A stretch of DNA of 64,000 nucleotides from the NCBI GenBank assembly GCA_028284775.1, contig JANQRB010000154.1, forward strand, positions 39,785 to 103,784. Direction: 5' to 3'. This document shows positions 48,217-57,745 of this stretch, piece after piece. This stretch comes from Candidatus Kapaibacterium sp. (GTDB lineage Bacteria > Bacteroidota > Ignavibacteria > Kapaibacteriales > UBA7675). The position numbers were made by a program, and so were the translations under genes. Each line of letters opens with the position of its first letter. The stretch's first letter is position 1. The notes beneath the pieces are model-generated. The model had not been told where the DNA came from and ran no database searches. It worked only from the letters and a program-made list of their open reading frames with translations.

Positions 48217-50739
48217 CTAGAGAAAGCCGTGCGAATCGACGTCGATCGTGATGCGAACTGCGCTGGATGGATGTTTCTGATTGTAGAGACCGTAGGCGTG
48301 AATTATGGCCTGTCGCATAATCTGCCCTGAGGGGTCGAGCTCCTTGGAATCCTTGATGATCACCAGCCGTCGGTATTCACTACGCAATTTTGGAATTGAT
48401 GGAATTGATGGACCTAGGCTGCTGAATGCCTTGTGATCACGCGGCAGGTAATATGCGAAATAGTTGGCTTGTTGGTGAACAACATCTTCGTTGCGTCCGG
48501 CAAACTCGATCCGTACAAAGCGGGAGAATGGCGGATATAGGGTTTCCCGACGCAATTGCAGCTCGTCGTTGTAAAACAGATCATAGCTGTTGGCCAGCGT
48601 CGCCAGGATAGCCTGATGTTTGGGCTTTTTACTTTGGATGATGACTTCACCTTTCTTATTCGTGCTGCGTCCCGCGCGACCCGCGACTTGTGTGAGTAGC
48701 TGATACGTACGCTCGGCGGCGCGGAAATCGGGCAGAAACAGTTGCACGTCGGCATTGACCACGCCGACCAGCGTAACGCGCTCGAAATCGATTCCCTTCG
48801 TTACCATTTGGGTGCCAACCAGGATGTCTATCTCGCCTTTGTCGAACATTGTTAACATTTTGCGATGAGAGCCCTTGCGAGAAGTCGTGTCGAGGTCCAT
48901 ACGCTGGATGACGGGCGCCAGGCCCCGCGTCGCAAGTATCTCTTCCAACTCTTGCTCTATTCGCTGTGTACCGTGGCCGATTTCCAGCATTTCAGGGTTG
49001 CCGCAATTGCCGCATGTTTTCTCGACTGCGCGTGCCAGCCCGCAGTAATGGCAGCGCATTTGACTGCGATAGCGGTGGTAGGTAAGCGTCACGGCGCAAT
49101 TGGGACACATCGGCTTATGCCCGCACTCGGGGCATTCCAGCCGCGGAGCAAAGCCCCGCAAGTTCTGAAACAGGATAATGCTCTCCTTGCGCTCCAGCCG
49201 CAGAGCGATCGCGTCGAGCAGGCGAGAGGAGAAGGAACCGAGCATTTGGCGTTTTTTGCGTTCTTCCAGGGTATCGATCACGGTGATGGCGGGTAACTCC
49301 GCGCCGTCTGCGCGTTCGCGAATTTCCAGCAGATGGTACTTGCCGCCGCGCGCGTTAAACATCGACTCCAGCGAAGGGGTCGCTGAACCGAGCAGGATCA
49401 CGGCATCGTCGAACTTGGCGCGAATAATGGCGGCGTCGCGAGCGTTGTAGCGTGGCGCGGGCGCGTCCTGTTTATAGGAAGGTTCGTGTTCTTCGTCGAC
49501 AATGATAATGCCGAGCTCGGGCAGCGGTGCGAAGACGGCCGACCGTGTGCCGATGACAATGCGCATCGTTCCAGCCTTGGCCGCACGCCAGGTGTCATAA
49601 CGTTCGCCAGTGGACATTCCGCTGTGAAACACCGCAATCGCATTGCCGAAGACAGCGCGAAAGCGATCGATGAGCTGTGGCGTCAATGCGATTTCCGGCA
49701 CCAGCAGGAGAGCGGCTTTACCTTGCTTCAAGCTTTGCTGAATGGCTCGAATGTAAATCAGTGTCTTGCCGCTTCCCGTTACGCCGTGAACCAGAAAAGT
49801 CTTAAAGCGACCGCGCTGCAGAGCTTCGTTCACTTTAGTCAGCACGTGTTCCTGCTCCAGGGTAAAGGTGATAGCGGCTTCGTTCTTGCTAACCAGTGAA
49901 TGGCCGGACGGCTCCTCGCTGCGGTACACCTCGGCATCGAATTTACGCAGGTGCCCCTTTTTAATGAGCGCTTCGGCGACGGAAACGCTGCTGTCCGTGC
50001 TGCGCAGGGCTTCCGACATGATCAGCGGATCTTCGTTATGCGCGTAGTGCAGATAGACATGGCTGAGTAAAACCGCCTGTTTGGGGGAGCGGGCATCGAG
50101 TTCGGTGAGCGCAGACTTCAAGGCCTCGCTGTCGCCAGCCAGTTTTTCCGACAGCGCCAGGGCGCGTTGGGTTTTGGCCTTAACCTCTTTTTCGACCCGC
50201 CGGTGAACTTCGATATAACCGAGTTCTTCAAGCGCGTCGATCTGAGCGCTGATGTTGTGCGAATTCACCATCCGCTCCAGGTAGCCGAGCGTCAGTTCGC
50301 CGCTGTGTTTTTCCAGCTCCTGCAGCAATGCGGCGCGGCGCGGCGCGCGGCGATGCATTCGTTCCAGCTCTTCATCCGTTGCTGCCCGCAGGAGTTGGAC
50401 GCGCAGGACGCTTTCCGGCGACATTCCCTGCGGCAGAGCTGCTTTTAAAGTTTCACCCCAGGATGCAAGGTAGTAATCGGCAATCCATTTCGTGAATGCC
50501 AGCATCGACAACGAAAAGGTCGGCTTCGGATCGAGCACCTCGAGAATCTCACGCGCGCGTTCGATTTCCGGGACATCCACGGCTACGATCACGCCGGTCA
50601 GCGTTCGCTTGCCGAAAGGCGCCAGCACCCGAGAGCCAATCAGCTCGTCCTGCCGCATTTCGTCGGGCAGGATATAGCTAAACTGCCGCGGCGTGGGCAG
50701 CGGCAGCGCCAGCGAAACAAAGTAGTGTGCCATTCGCAA
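48217..50739 (-). CDS. priA: Primosomal protein N' (PriA replication-restart helicase)
   Basis: The Walker A motif is GVTGSGKT, the DEEH box is VDEEHE, a Cys-rich zinc ribbon (CPECGHKPMCPNCAVTLTYHRY...CHYCG...CGNCG) is present, and there is a C-terminal helicase domain. Confidence 0.9.
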   Translation of the reverse strand: MRMAHYFVSLALPLPTPRQFSYILPDEMRQDELIGSRVLAPFGKRTLTGVIVAVDVPEIERAREILEVLDPKPTFSLSMLAFTKWIADYYLASWGETLKAALPQGMSPESVLRVQLLRAATDEELERMHRRAPRRAALLQELEKHSGELTLGYLERMVNSHNISAQIDALEELGYIEVHRRVEKEVKAKTQRALALSEKLAGDSEALKSALTELDARSPKQAVLLSHVYLHYAHNEDPLIMSEALRSTDSSVSVAEALIKKGHLRKFDAEVYRSEEPSGHSLVSKNEAAITFTLEQEHVLTKVNEALQRGRFKTFLVHGVTGSGKTLIYIRAIQQSLKQGKAALLLVPEIALTPQLIDRFRAVFGNAIAVFHSGMSTGERYDTWRAAKAGTMRIVIGTRSAVFAPLPELGIIIVDEEHEPSYKQDAPAPRYNARDAAIIRAKFDDAVILLGSATPSLESMFNARGGKYHLLEIRERADGAELPAITVIDTLEERKKRQMLGSFSSRLLDAIALRLERKESIILFQNLRGFAPRLECPECGHKPMCPNCAVTLTYHRYRSQMRCHYCGLARAVEKTCGNCGNPEMLEIGHGTQRIEQELEEILATRGLAPVIQRMDLDTTSRKGSHRKMLTMFDKGEIDILVGTQMVTKGIDFERVTLVGVVNADVQLFLPDFRAAERTYQLLTQVAGRAGRSTNKKGEVIIQSKKPKHQAILATLANSYDLFYNDELQLRRETLYPPFSRFVRIEFAGRNEDVVHQQANYFAYYLPRDHKAFSSLGPSIPSIPKLRSEYRRLVIIKDSKELDPSGQIMRQAIIHAYGLYNQKHPSSAVRITIDVDSHGFL

Positions 50740-51154
50740 TCGTCCTGCTGAGATCTAAGGCTCCATCAATTTCCTATTGACGTCTCAGACTCCGGAATGG
50801 TGCCGCGCCCTGGTCCTTTCGTCTCTGGAGCGGAAGCGGCGCTCATCATTCATGCTTCGCTGCCGCATGCAAGTCGATTTGCGAATAGTTCAGGGTTTAG
50901 CTGCGCCAGGAAGCGAAAGCACCTGTATGTAGGCTTCTCAAGCTCCTGGTCGGGCGGCCAGAAAATATGGATGAGGGGTGTCAGATCTCTAAGGACGAAA
51001 TTCGCAGCCGACAGCGTCTCAATGACTGCGAGACTCTTTAATGCTCTGAATCCGAACGGTGAACTACCGGATGATGCCCGCAATCGAAAAAAACGCCAGC
51101 CCTGTCATATTGTTTTGACAGGGCTGGCGATGGCAAAACTATTCGATAGCCGTA

Positions 51155-51847
51155 TTAACGCATAACAACAAAGGGCACAGTGACCGTTTCCGCATGCGAC
51201 CGGACATTAACAAAGTAAGCGCCAGGCTGCAGCGTAGTAGTATCAAAGAAAGTACGCTGTTCGCCAAAATAGTCAACTTCTTTGTGTTGTACGTCCAGGG
51301 TAACGCCCGCTGCGGTTTGAATCGATATCGCCAGATAACCGTAGGTATTCATTTTGTATATGACGGCCAGGCGATCGTTAACCGGCTGAGGCGCAAGTTT
51401 AACTTTAATCGACAGCGAGCTGCCTTCGGTCGGCTGCTTCAGTTCGGCGGTCCGTACATTCAGCTGGTTCGTATTTGCCGTTGCGGCCGAGGCGTTGGCG
51501 TTAACCGCGCCGAGCTGCGGAGTCCTGGAATCCTTCGTAAGCATCCAGTTTTTTGCTCCGTCGTAACTTGCATAGCTGCTGCCGTCGATGCGATTATACA
51601 CGACCTGTACTTTAGCTTTCCGAGTAGGCGCAGCCGCCCAGGGTCTTGCATCGGGCGCAAGCGTTTTCTGAATCCATCGACTCGTACCATCGTACGAAAC
51701 ATACTCGGAGCCATCAAGGCGCTTGTAAACAACCTCCACATCGTTTTGTTTTGATTTGACGACGCCCATCCGGCCCTGTGAGACGACATCGGCCGGTAGG
51801 CCGAACACACATGCCAGAATTACGCCCAGAATAAATCTGAACTTCAT
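51155..51847 (-). CDS. Secreted hypothetical protein with T9SS C-terminal sorting domain
   Basis: There is a signal peptide MKFRFILGVILACVFGLPADVVSQ and an internal duplicated motif (VVYKRLDGSEYVSYDG / VVYNRIDGSSYASYDG). The C-terminus has ...LQPGAYFVNVRSHAETVTVPFVVMR. Confidence 0.55.
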   Translation of the reverse strand: MKFRFILGVILACVFGLPADVVSQGRMGVVKSKQNDVEVVYKRLDGSEYVSYDGTSRWIQKTLAPDARPWAAAPTRKAKVQVVYNRIDGSSYASYDGAKNWMLTKDSRTPQLGAVNANASAATANTNQLNVRTAELKQPTEGSSLSIKVKLAPQPVNDRLAVIYKMNTYGYLAISIQTAAGVTLDVQHKEVDYFGEQRTFFDTTTLQPGAYFVNVRSHAETVTVPFVVMR

Positions 51848-51876
51848 AGTAACCTCATTACTTGCTGATTTTTGAT

Positions 51877-54267
51877 TTATTTAATTATGACTAATTCTTT
51901 CATATATTCTCGATGAGCATTCACCAGCTTTACCCAGTACTTTCCTGCCTGTAAGCCTGTCGTTGGAATCTGCAGCTCTAACGCGGTACTTGCAGGTATA
52001 CCCTCAAATACCCTTACCACCTCCACGCCCAGAACATTGAATATGGAGACGCGCAGCGTTTCGTTCGGGGCAAGCTTATTGCAGGTGAGCGTAATTGACG
52101 CTTGCGCCGCGGGGTTGGGAAAGAGCGACAGCTCGAGATCTGATTTCAGATCCGATGACTGCTCTACTTCCGTTACGAATCCTTGTAATAGGATCAAGCC
52201 GACCCCGTCGGCAAACCAGAATGAACCGTCGCTGCCTTGTACGACATTGCCGGCAGTGAGCCGTGAGACCCACGAGGGCAATCCAACTCTTTTGAGAGCT
52301 GATCCGTCAAAAGCGGCGATGCCATAGTCGGCGCCTGCAAATAAAATCGAGCCCAGTCGATCCCGGAAGACGGCATGGGCGAATATTTCCCCGCCATCTG
52401 TTGTGCGCAGTTGAGTCCATGATTGTCCATCGAATCGGTAGGCCGCGCTGGGCGCCACCACACTTGATACGATCAGAATCAGACTACCGTCGGTATCGAC
52501 TAATATGTCCTGAGAAAACTTGCGAGCGGGAGCGCGCTCATCGAGAAGGTCAAAAGTTGTCCAGTCATTGCCGTCGAATTTTAACAGACCGCCGAAATAA
52601 TTCGGGTCCGTTTCTGTTCGTTCCTGATGTGCCAGTACCCACACGTTTCCCGACTGATCAATAGCGATTTTACCCACTTGAGAAGTAATGCCGACTTCAT
52701 CGCTATAGCTTATCCATTCATTACCGTCAAAGCGATGCACGGCCGGTTGAAGCAAGGCTGCTTCCGGCACCCATAAAAAGCTGGATACCCAAAGGGTTCC
52801 CGATTCGTCCATTGCCAGGTTGAGATATTCTCGCCGGCTGCCGTAGGTATCGGAAATCGTGAAATCCTGCCAGCTTTCTCCATCGAACAAGTTAATACCA
52901 CCCAATGCACTCGCCCACAACCTGCCCGACTGGTCGAATATTGCGTCACTCAACAGCGAATCATACTCGATGCCGGAGTTGCGGGAATGAAGTTGCCAGT
53001 TCCGTCCGTCAAACTTCCCTATTCCGCTTGTAACGCCGTCATGAGCGGCGGCATTGATGTGATTGCGATGGAGTGCCCAGATATTGCCTTGTTCATCCGC
53101 TGTCAGCTTAGTGAATATATTGCCGAAAGGCGTGTCTTCAACTGTAAACCTCGTTCTTGCTTGATCCCTGATGCGTTCAACCAGGCCGTCGACAATGACC
53201 AGAATCTCACCATTCTCAAACAATACATTGTGACAATTGCCTGTAGGAAAGCCATCGGCCTCGCTATAATAGCGCCAATTGCCCGATTGAAAAGAGTGTA
53301 AACCCCTGTCGGTTGCGGCCCATAGAGTTCCATCATCGGCAAAGACCATCTCATTGATGGAACTGCCTAAGACCAGACCGTCGGCTTTGTTAAACGTCGA
53401 CCACTGCGAGCCGTCCCATCTTCGGATGTCCTTCCAGCCGAGGAGCCAGACATTGCCATCCGCGTCGCTGAGAATCCGTCTGACACTCGATGGCGCGCCG
53501 CTTAGATGATCCAGCCAGGATTGCCAGCGATTGCCGTTAAACATCCCGAGGCCGGTATTGCCGCCGCCGACCCAGACATTGCCCGATCGGTCTATGTGCA
53601 GATTATCGAGCGCCGATACATCGCGGACGATCGGCAGGCCGTCTTCCGTACCGAACAGCTCCCAATCTCCGTTAAGAATCCGCGCCACAACACCACGCCG
53701 AAATTGTTCACGTTCCTTGCCGACCAGCCAGACGCTGCCGTCGCCGGCTACAGCCAGATCGCTGAATTGCGCAGCGGGAAGTACATCGTCACTGTCGAAA
53801 ACCTCCCAGGCCGAATTCCGCCAAACGGCAACGAAGCTGACTTTGCCCGCCTTCCGCTCGCCGAGCACCCAGAGGCTGCCGCTCCGATCGAATGTCATGC
53901 CGACTACGCTTCCTTCGATCGGCTCGCCCTTGTCCGGAATGTCGGCGGCCTGCCACCGCGTGCCGTCATAGCGCGCCAATGGACTGTTGATTGCAGGGCA
54001 CCATATATCGCCATTCGGCGCCTGCCGCAGACGGCCAAACAAAAGAGGCAAGCCATCGGCAATACTTGTTATGGCGGCGCTGCCGTCCGTTTTGTGGAAA
54101 CGAACGATCGAACGCCCTGCAAGTGCAACGATGAATTCGCCATCGCTGACGAAACTGCCGGCCTGATCGAAGTTGAGAAACAACTCCCAGTTTTCACCGG
54201 CAGCTGGCGCAAGTGAACAATTCAAGAGAAGAATGCTGACGATTCCGCACAGCCTGGATCTAAGCAT
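51877..54267 (-). CDS. Secreted beta-propeller repeat protein (two-component-regulator-propeller-type repeats) with T9SS C-terminal sorting domain
   Basis: The protein is 796 aa with a signal peptide. About a dozen DGS.W..T..GL repeats are present. The C-terminus has SLFPNPAAQASITL...GKYWVKLVNAHREYMKELVIIK. Confidence 0.7.
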   Translation of the reverse strand: MLRSRLCGIVSILLLNCSLAPAAGENWELFLNFDQAGSFVSDGEFIVALAGRSIVRFHKTDGSAAITSIADGLPLLFGRLRQAPNGDIWCPAINSPLARYDGTRWQAADIPDKGEPIEGSVVGMTFDRSGSLWVLGERKAGKVSFVAVWRNSAWEVFDSDDVLPAAQFSDLAVAGDGSVWLVGKEREQFRRGVVARILNGDWELFGTEDGLPIVRDVSALDNLHIDRSGNVWVGGGNTGLGMFNGNRWQSWLDHLSGAPSSVRRILSDADGNVWLLGWKDIRRWDGSQWSTFNKADGLVLGSSINEMVFADDGTLWAATDRGLHSFQSGNWRYYSEADGFPTGNCHNVLFENGEILVIVDGLVERIRDQARTRFTVEDTPFGNIFTKLTADEQGNIWALHRNHINAAAHDGVTSGIGKFDGRNWQLHSRNSGIEYDSLLSDAIFDQSGRLWASALGGINLFDGESWQDFTISDTYGSRREYLNLAMDESGTLWVSSFLWVPEAALLQPAVHRFDGNEWISYSDEVGITSQVGKIAIDQSGNVWVLAHQERTETDPNYFGGLLKFDGNDWTTFDLLDERAPARKFSQDILVDTDGSLILIVSSVVAPSAAYRFDGQSWTQLRTTDGGEIFAHAVFRDRLGSILFAGADYGIAAFDGSALKRVGLPSWVSRLTAGNVVQGSDGSFWFADGVGLILLQGFVTEVEQSSDLKSDLELSLFPNPAAQASITLTCNKLAPNETLRVSIFNVLGVEVVRVFEGIPASTALELQIPTTGLQAGKYWVKLVNAHREYMKELVIIK

Positions 54268-54275
54268 AAGGACTC

Positions 54276-55037
54276 CTAGTGAGGATCACAGCCGTGATCA
54301 CATGGATAACCGACAAACTGAGGCTCATTCTGCAGTGAGCATTCGCCATCCTGTATGATTTGCACATTCGTAATGACAAGCTGCTTCTGATTGACCACTC
54401 CGCCGGCAGGAAACGATTGAACTCGGTAGCAGGCTTCGTAGGTTCTTTTGCAACAGGTGCGGCCGCAGCTGTGCCACGTATACGTGTTGACGGTCGGCGG
54501 CGTGCCCGGGGCCGGCAGAGGCGGCACGCACTCGGCTTCCTGGCCATCGGTTCCCCAGGTGCAGCGCTGCCATTTCCAGCAATTGGCTGAATAGAACTGC
54601 ACCATCGTGCGGTTATTCGTTCCCTGTCCATTGCACTCCTGCAGCGGGGGAGGAATCGGGGGATTGGCAAAGCTAAAGCCGTTGGTAAGATGATCCTGGA
54701 TAATCTGAAGTTGAGCCAACTCCATTAATGTCGACAGGGACCAGCCGTTCTCATTTAAGGTTGACAGAATGTCGCAGGGGCCGCCCGTGGTATTCGGCGT
54801 CAGTGAATGCATGATATACTGAAAGCTGCCGTCGGAGCATTCTCTGACGGTGAAATCCGCAATGAAGCTACAATAAGGCACATCCAGCGCCCATCCGTAG
54901 GTGGTTCGATACTCGTTGACAATAACGCAGCCGCCGTTATTTTCGGGGCAGCCGTCATCCGCTGTCTGTGAATAGAGGAACGCTGCGGGCAATGCTACGA
55001 GAGCACACACAATTAGAGCTTGCAGAAATAACTTCAT
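54276..55037 (-). CDS. Secreted cysteine-rich hypothetical protein (~24 Cys), unknown function
   Basis: The start is MKLFLQALIVCALVALPAAFLYSQ, preceded by GGAGG with a 5-nt spacer. The next in-frame ATG upstream overlaps that RBS. Cys motifs are CPENNGGC, ..QECNGQG...CWKWQRCTWG..., CGRTCCKRTYEACYRV and ..CDHGCDPH. Confidence 0.55.
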   Translation of the reverse strand: MKLFLQALIVCALVALPAAFLYSQTADDGCPENNGGCVIVNEYRTTYGWALDVPYCSFIADFTVRECSDGSFQYIMHSLTPNTTGGPCDILSTLNENGWSLSTLMELAQLQIIQDHLTNGFSFANPPIPPPLQECNGQGTNNRTMVQFYSANCWKWQRCTWGTDGQEAECVPPLPAPGTPPTVNTYTWHSCGRTCCKRTYEACYRVQSFPAGGVVNQKQLVITNVQIIQDGECSLQNEPQFVGYPCDHGCDPH

Positions 55038-55152
55038 TAAAGCCTCCAATGATTAAGAAATATACTGAAAACATTGAACTAATAACAGTACACGCGCCGC
55101 GCAATGAAAATTGCGTTTTGTTTACATGTCAACACAGAGTTTGCGACTGCAT

Positions 55153-55872
55153 TTATTTCGTGCTGGCAATGATGCCAACCTTCATTTCCGGTATGTATTT
55201 GCTGCTTGATTTGATTACCACATTCCCGTGCCGTAGGCCGGCCTGTGTGGCAATGATAAGCGCATTGACTTCGAGTGATTCTCCCGGAAGCAAAATCTCC
55301 TTATCGTGCATCGTCGAAAAGTCACCGATGAATCCGTCCATTTTCAATATTGGTTTCTGAACGATAACAGTGTCCTTGCCGGTATTTCTTAATACTACAG
55401 ATGCTTCGCGTGGAATGTGTAAAGGCATGCCCATGAGTGCCGGAAAGCTGCGCGGCTGCACAACAAGGTCACGTTGTACATCGGCGAGAAATCGAAAAAT
55501 AAATGTCGAGTCTTCTTTTAAATTAGTCTCAACTGTTACTTTTTGAGCTGTTTTGCCCATTTTCTTGCTGGCGTCCAATTCCACAATCAGCGTGGCAGTG
55601 TCGCCCGGCGCTACTAAGTCTCTGTCTATGGGAGCCGTCGTGCAGCCGCATGAAGTCGTCACGCTTTCAACAATCAGGGTGTCCGAATGATTGTTCACGA
55701 AACGAACGGTAGAATGCAGTAACACCGGCGAGACCCGGCCAAAATCAACTAGCTGGCCATCGGGGAAACCGACTTTCGACCGAGCCGCTTCGCTGTTGGC
55801 CAGGGATATTGAACTCAGGGAAAGGCAATACGCTATAAGCACACAGATACATACGTATTTGTTTGTTTTCAT
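55153..55872 (-). CDS. DUF1573 domain (ASH/Ig-like) secreted protein
   Basis: There is a signal peptide. The VTTSCGCTT motif is the DUF1573 hallmark. The protein is 239 aa. Confidence 0.75.
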   Translation of the reverse strand: MKTNKYVCICVLIAYCLSLSSISLANSEAARSKVGFPDGQLVDFGRVSPVLLHSTVRFVNNHSDTLIVESVTTSCGCTTAPIDRDLVAPGDTATLIVELDASKKMGKTAQKVTVETNLKEDSTFIFRFLADVQRDLVVQPRSFPALMGMPLHIPREASVVLRNTGKDTVIVQKPILKMDGFIGDFSTMHDKEILLPGESLEVNALIIATQAGLRHGNVVIKSSSKYIPEMKVGIIASTK

Positions 55873-56961
55873 GACGATGCAGGTTTTACGTGATCAGGAC
55901 TGTTTGTTTAAACGTCTTCCCGAAGGTCGCATCCAGGCCGTATTAGTCAAGAATCAGGGCCGGTGTGCAAGCGATTACACAGTACGCGCATTGCATGTAT
56001 CGATTAACACACGAGCACACGGAACATGTTAAGAGTGAAATTCTGTGCAATAGATGCTGCCAGCCAATCACTCCTGTCAATCATTAACCCCGACTTAAGG
56101 GTACGAAGTGTTACAGTGTTGTCCTGGATGCTGTAACCAGCGACAATTCGTTAATGTGATCCTACAATTCTTGAAATCATGAGAGATATTGATCGCCTAT
56201 GCGATATGCAACCTGTCTCTTGTTGATAAAAACAGTCTGGCAGCCTTAACAAGTTACACTTAAGGTAAGGAAAGTAGATGGGTAAGATGGTAGTATGTGT
56301 ACTTGTCAGGATGTCAAAGAATTGATGCCATGTTTGGGTATATCAGGGCGGTGTGTGAAACTAAATTATTTGGCTAAGAAAGTCAAGCAAAATTTGGACA
56401 AGAACGTAATTCTGTGAGAAAAATGTTTAGTCTGAATTGCGGCTGAGAATTCCGACCGGCTGTTAACAAACCGACGCGCATAGGCTGACCGCACTAATTT
56501 CAGAAGCGATGCAGAAATCATATACTCGACTGCATTCTACTGGAACAATTCCACTGGCTCGGGCTTAGTGCCAATGATATGCCTGCCGAGCAATTCTTTC
56601 AATCAGTTGAATCGCATTTCAATCAACTGTCATCGGCGGCGCAGAGCCTGCTCCCGTCCCGCCGGTCGCAAGCAGGAAAGCAGGCAAGAATCGATGTCCT
56701 TCGCGCCGGCAATCTGCGCGGTCATCAAGACGCAGCGTCTAGGTGACTCGGCAGAGCTGTCAGTCAGTGAATCAGCACAGAGAGCGCAGCGCCTATTTCG
56801 TGCCGATCAAGAAATCGATACCGAAACCTGCTCGGCCTCGGCAAGCGGAGCGGAAGAGCTCAGGACCGGCGGATCGTTTGAAGCGTTGTCAACAGCATTG
56901 TTATACAATGGTGAAATTCCGTCACCGGAAGGATCGTCACGCTGTTCCTGGTGGGATAAGC

Positions 56962-57486
56962 TTAGTCCGACCGGTCGTGCTCCGAAAGTGCATCAGGGCC
57001 GACGAGCTGCGCGTACGCGGGAATCTCCGGCAAAAAACTGTAGCTGCGTTTGACGAAGTCGATTTGGGCGCAGTAATGTTCGAGTCCATTGCTGACAAGC
57101 AAAAATCCGGCTTGCAGGGCGGAATTATACATCGCGATCTGATCGAAGGTCGCCTGCCGGATCGCCACACTTGGCGCTTTGCACTCCACAATTGCGACAG
57201 CCCGCAAATTGCGCGAGTAGATGACGGCGTCACAACGGCGCGACCTGCCATGCGCACTGATGCTCTGTTCGATTTTCGTGCGTCCGGCGGGGAACTGACG
57301 CTCGCGAATCAAAAACTGCAGAAAATTCTGGCGCACCCATTCTTCGGGCGTCGCAGCAACGAATTTGCGCCGAATCGGATCGAATATTTTAAGGCTGTCG
57401 TCAATTACCTGCAGGCGAAAGTCATAGTGCGGTAGATTGAGCTGTGGCATGGAGTTGTTCATGGTCGCCGGCGGAAAATATGTCAT
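56962..57486 (-). CDS. Standalone type I restriction enzyme HsdR N-terminal domain (PD-(D/E)xK-like) protein
   Basis: ...FDPIRRKFVAATPEEWVRQNFLQFL...RRCDAVIYS...VAIVECKAP... matches the HSDR_N family. The start could be M1 (57486) or M9 (57462). Confidence 0.65.
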   Translation of the reverse strand: MTYFPPATMNNSMPQLNLPHYDFRLQVIDDSLKIFDPIRRKFVAATPEEWVRQNFLQFLIRERQFPAGRTKIEQSISAHGRSRRCDAVIYSRNLRAVAIVECKAPSVAIRQATFDQIAMYNSALQAGFLLVSNGLEHYCAQIDFVKRSYSFLPEIPAYAQLVGPDALSEHDRSD

Positions 57487-57745
57487 CAGAAAAGATTACA
57501 ACGTAGAGGCGCGCTGTCTTTGGCTGCCGCTGCCGTCCGCATGACACACCGCCGGCTGTATGCCGGACAGTGGAGCGACGGCAAACTACGAAAATCGATC
57601 CAGAGCGCGCCGACATTGCCGGCAGCTTTTTTAGGTGAATCCCTCGGCCGGATTCTGCCGTAGGATGCCTCCGGCGAAATTGCTACAATCGTCCTTGATG
57701 GAATTTCGTTACTATGCAGGTTATCAACCAACCGGACAGGAGTTT

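Noticed and set aside
53506-54216. 236-aa plus-strand ORF
   Set aside because: It is antisense within the 796-aa propeller/T9SS gene.
56568-57435. Plus-strand ORFs of 161 and 230 aa
   Set aside because: They overlap the HsdR_N gene in antisense and extend into a GC-rich non-coding stretch. They have no motifs and no RBS.
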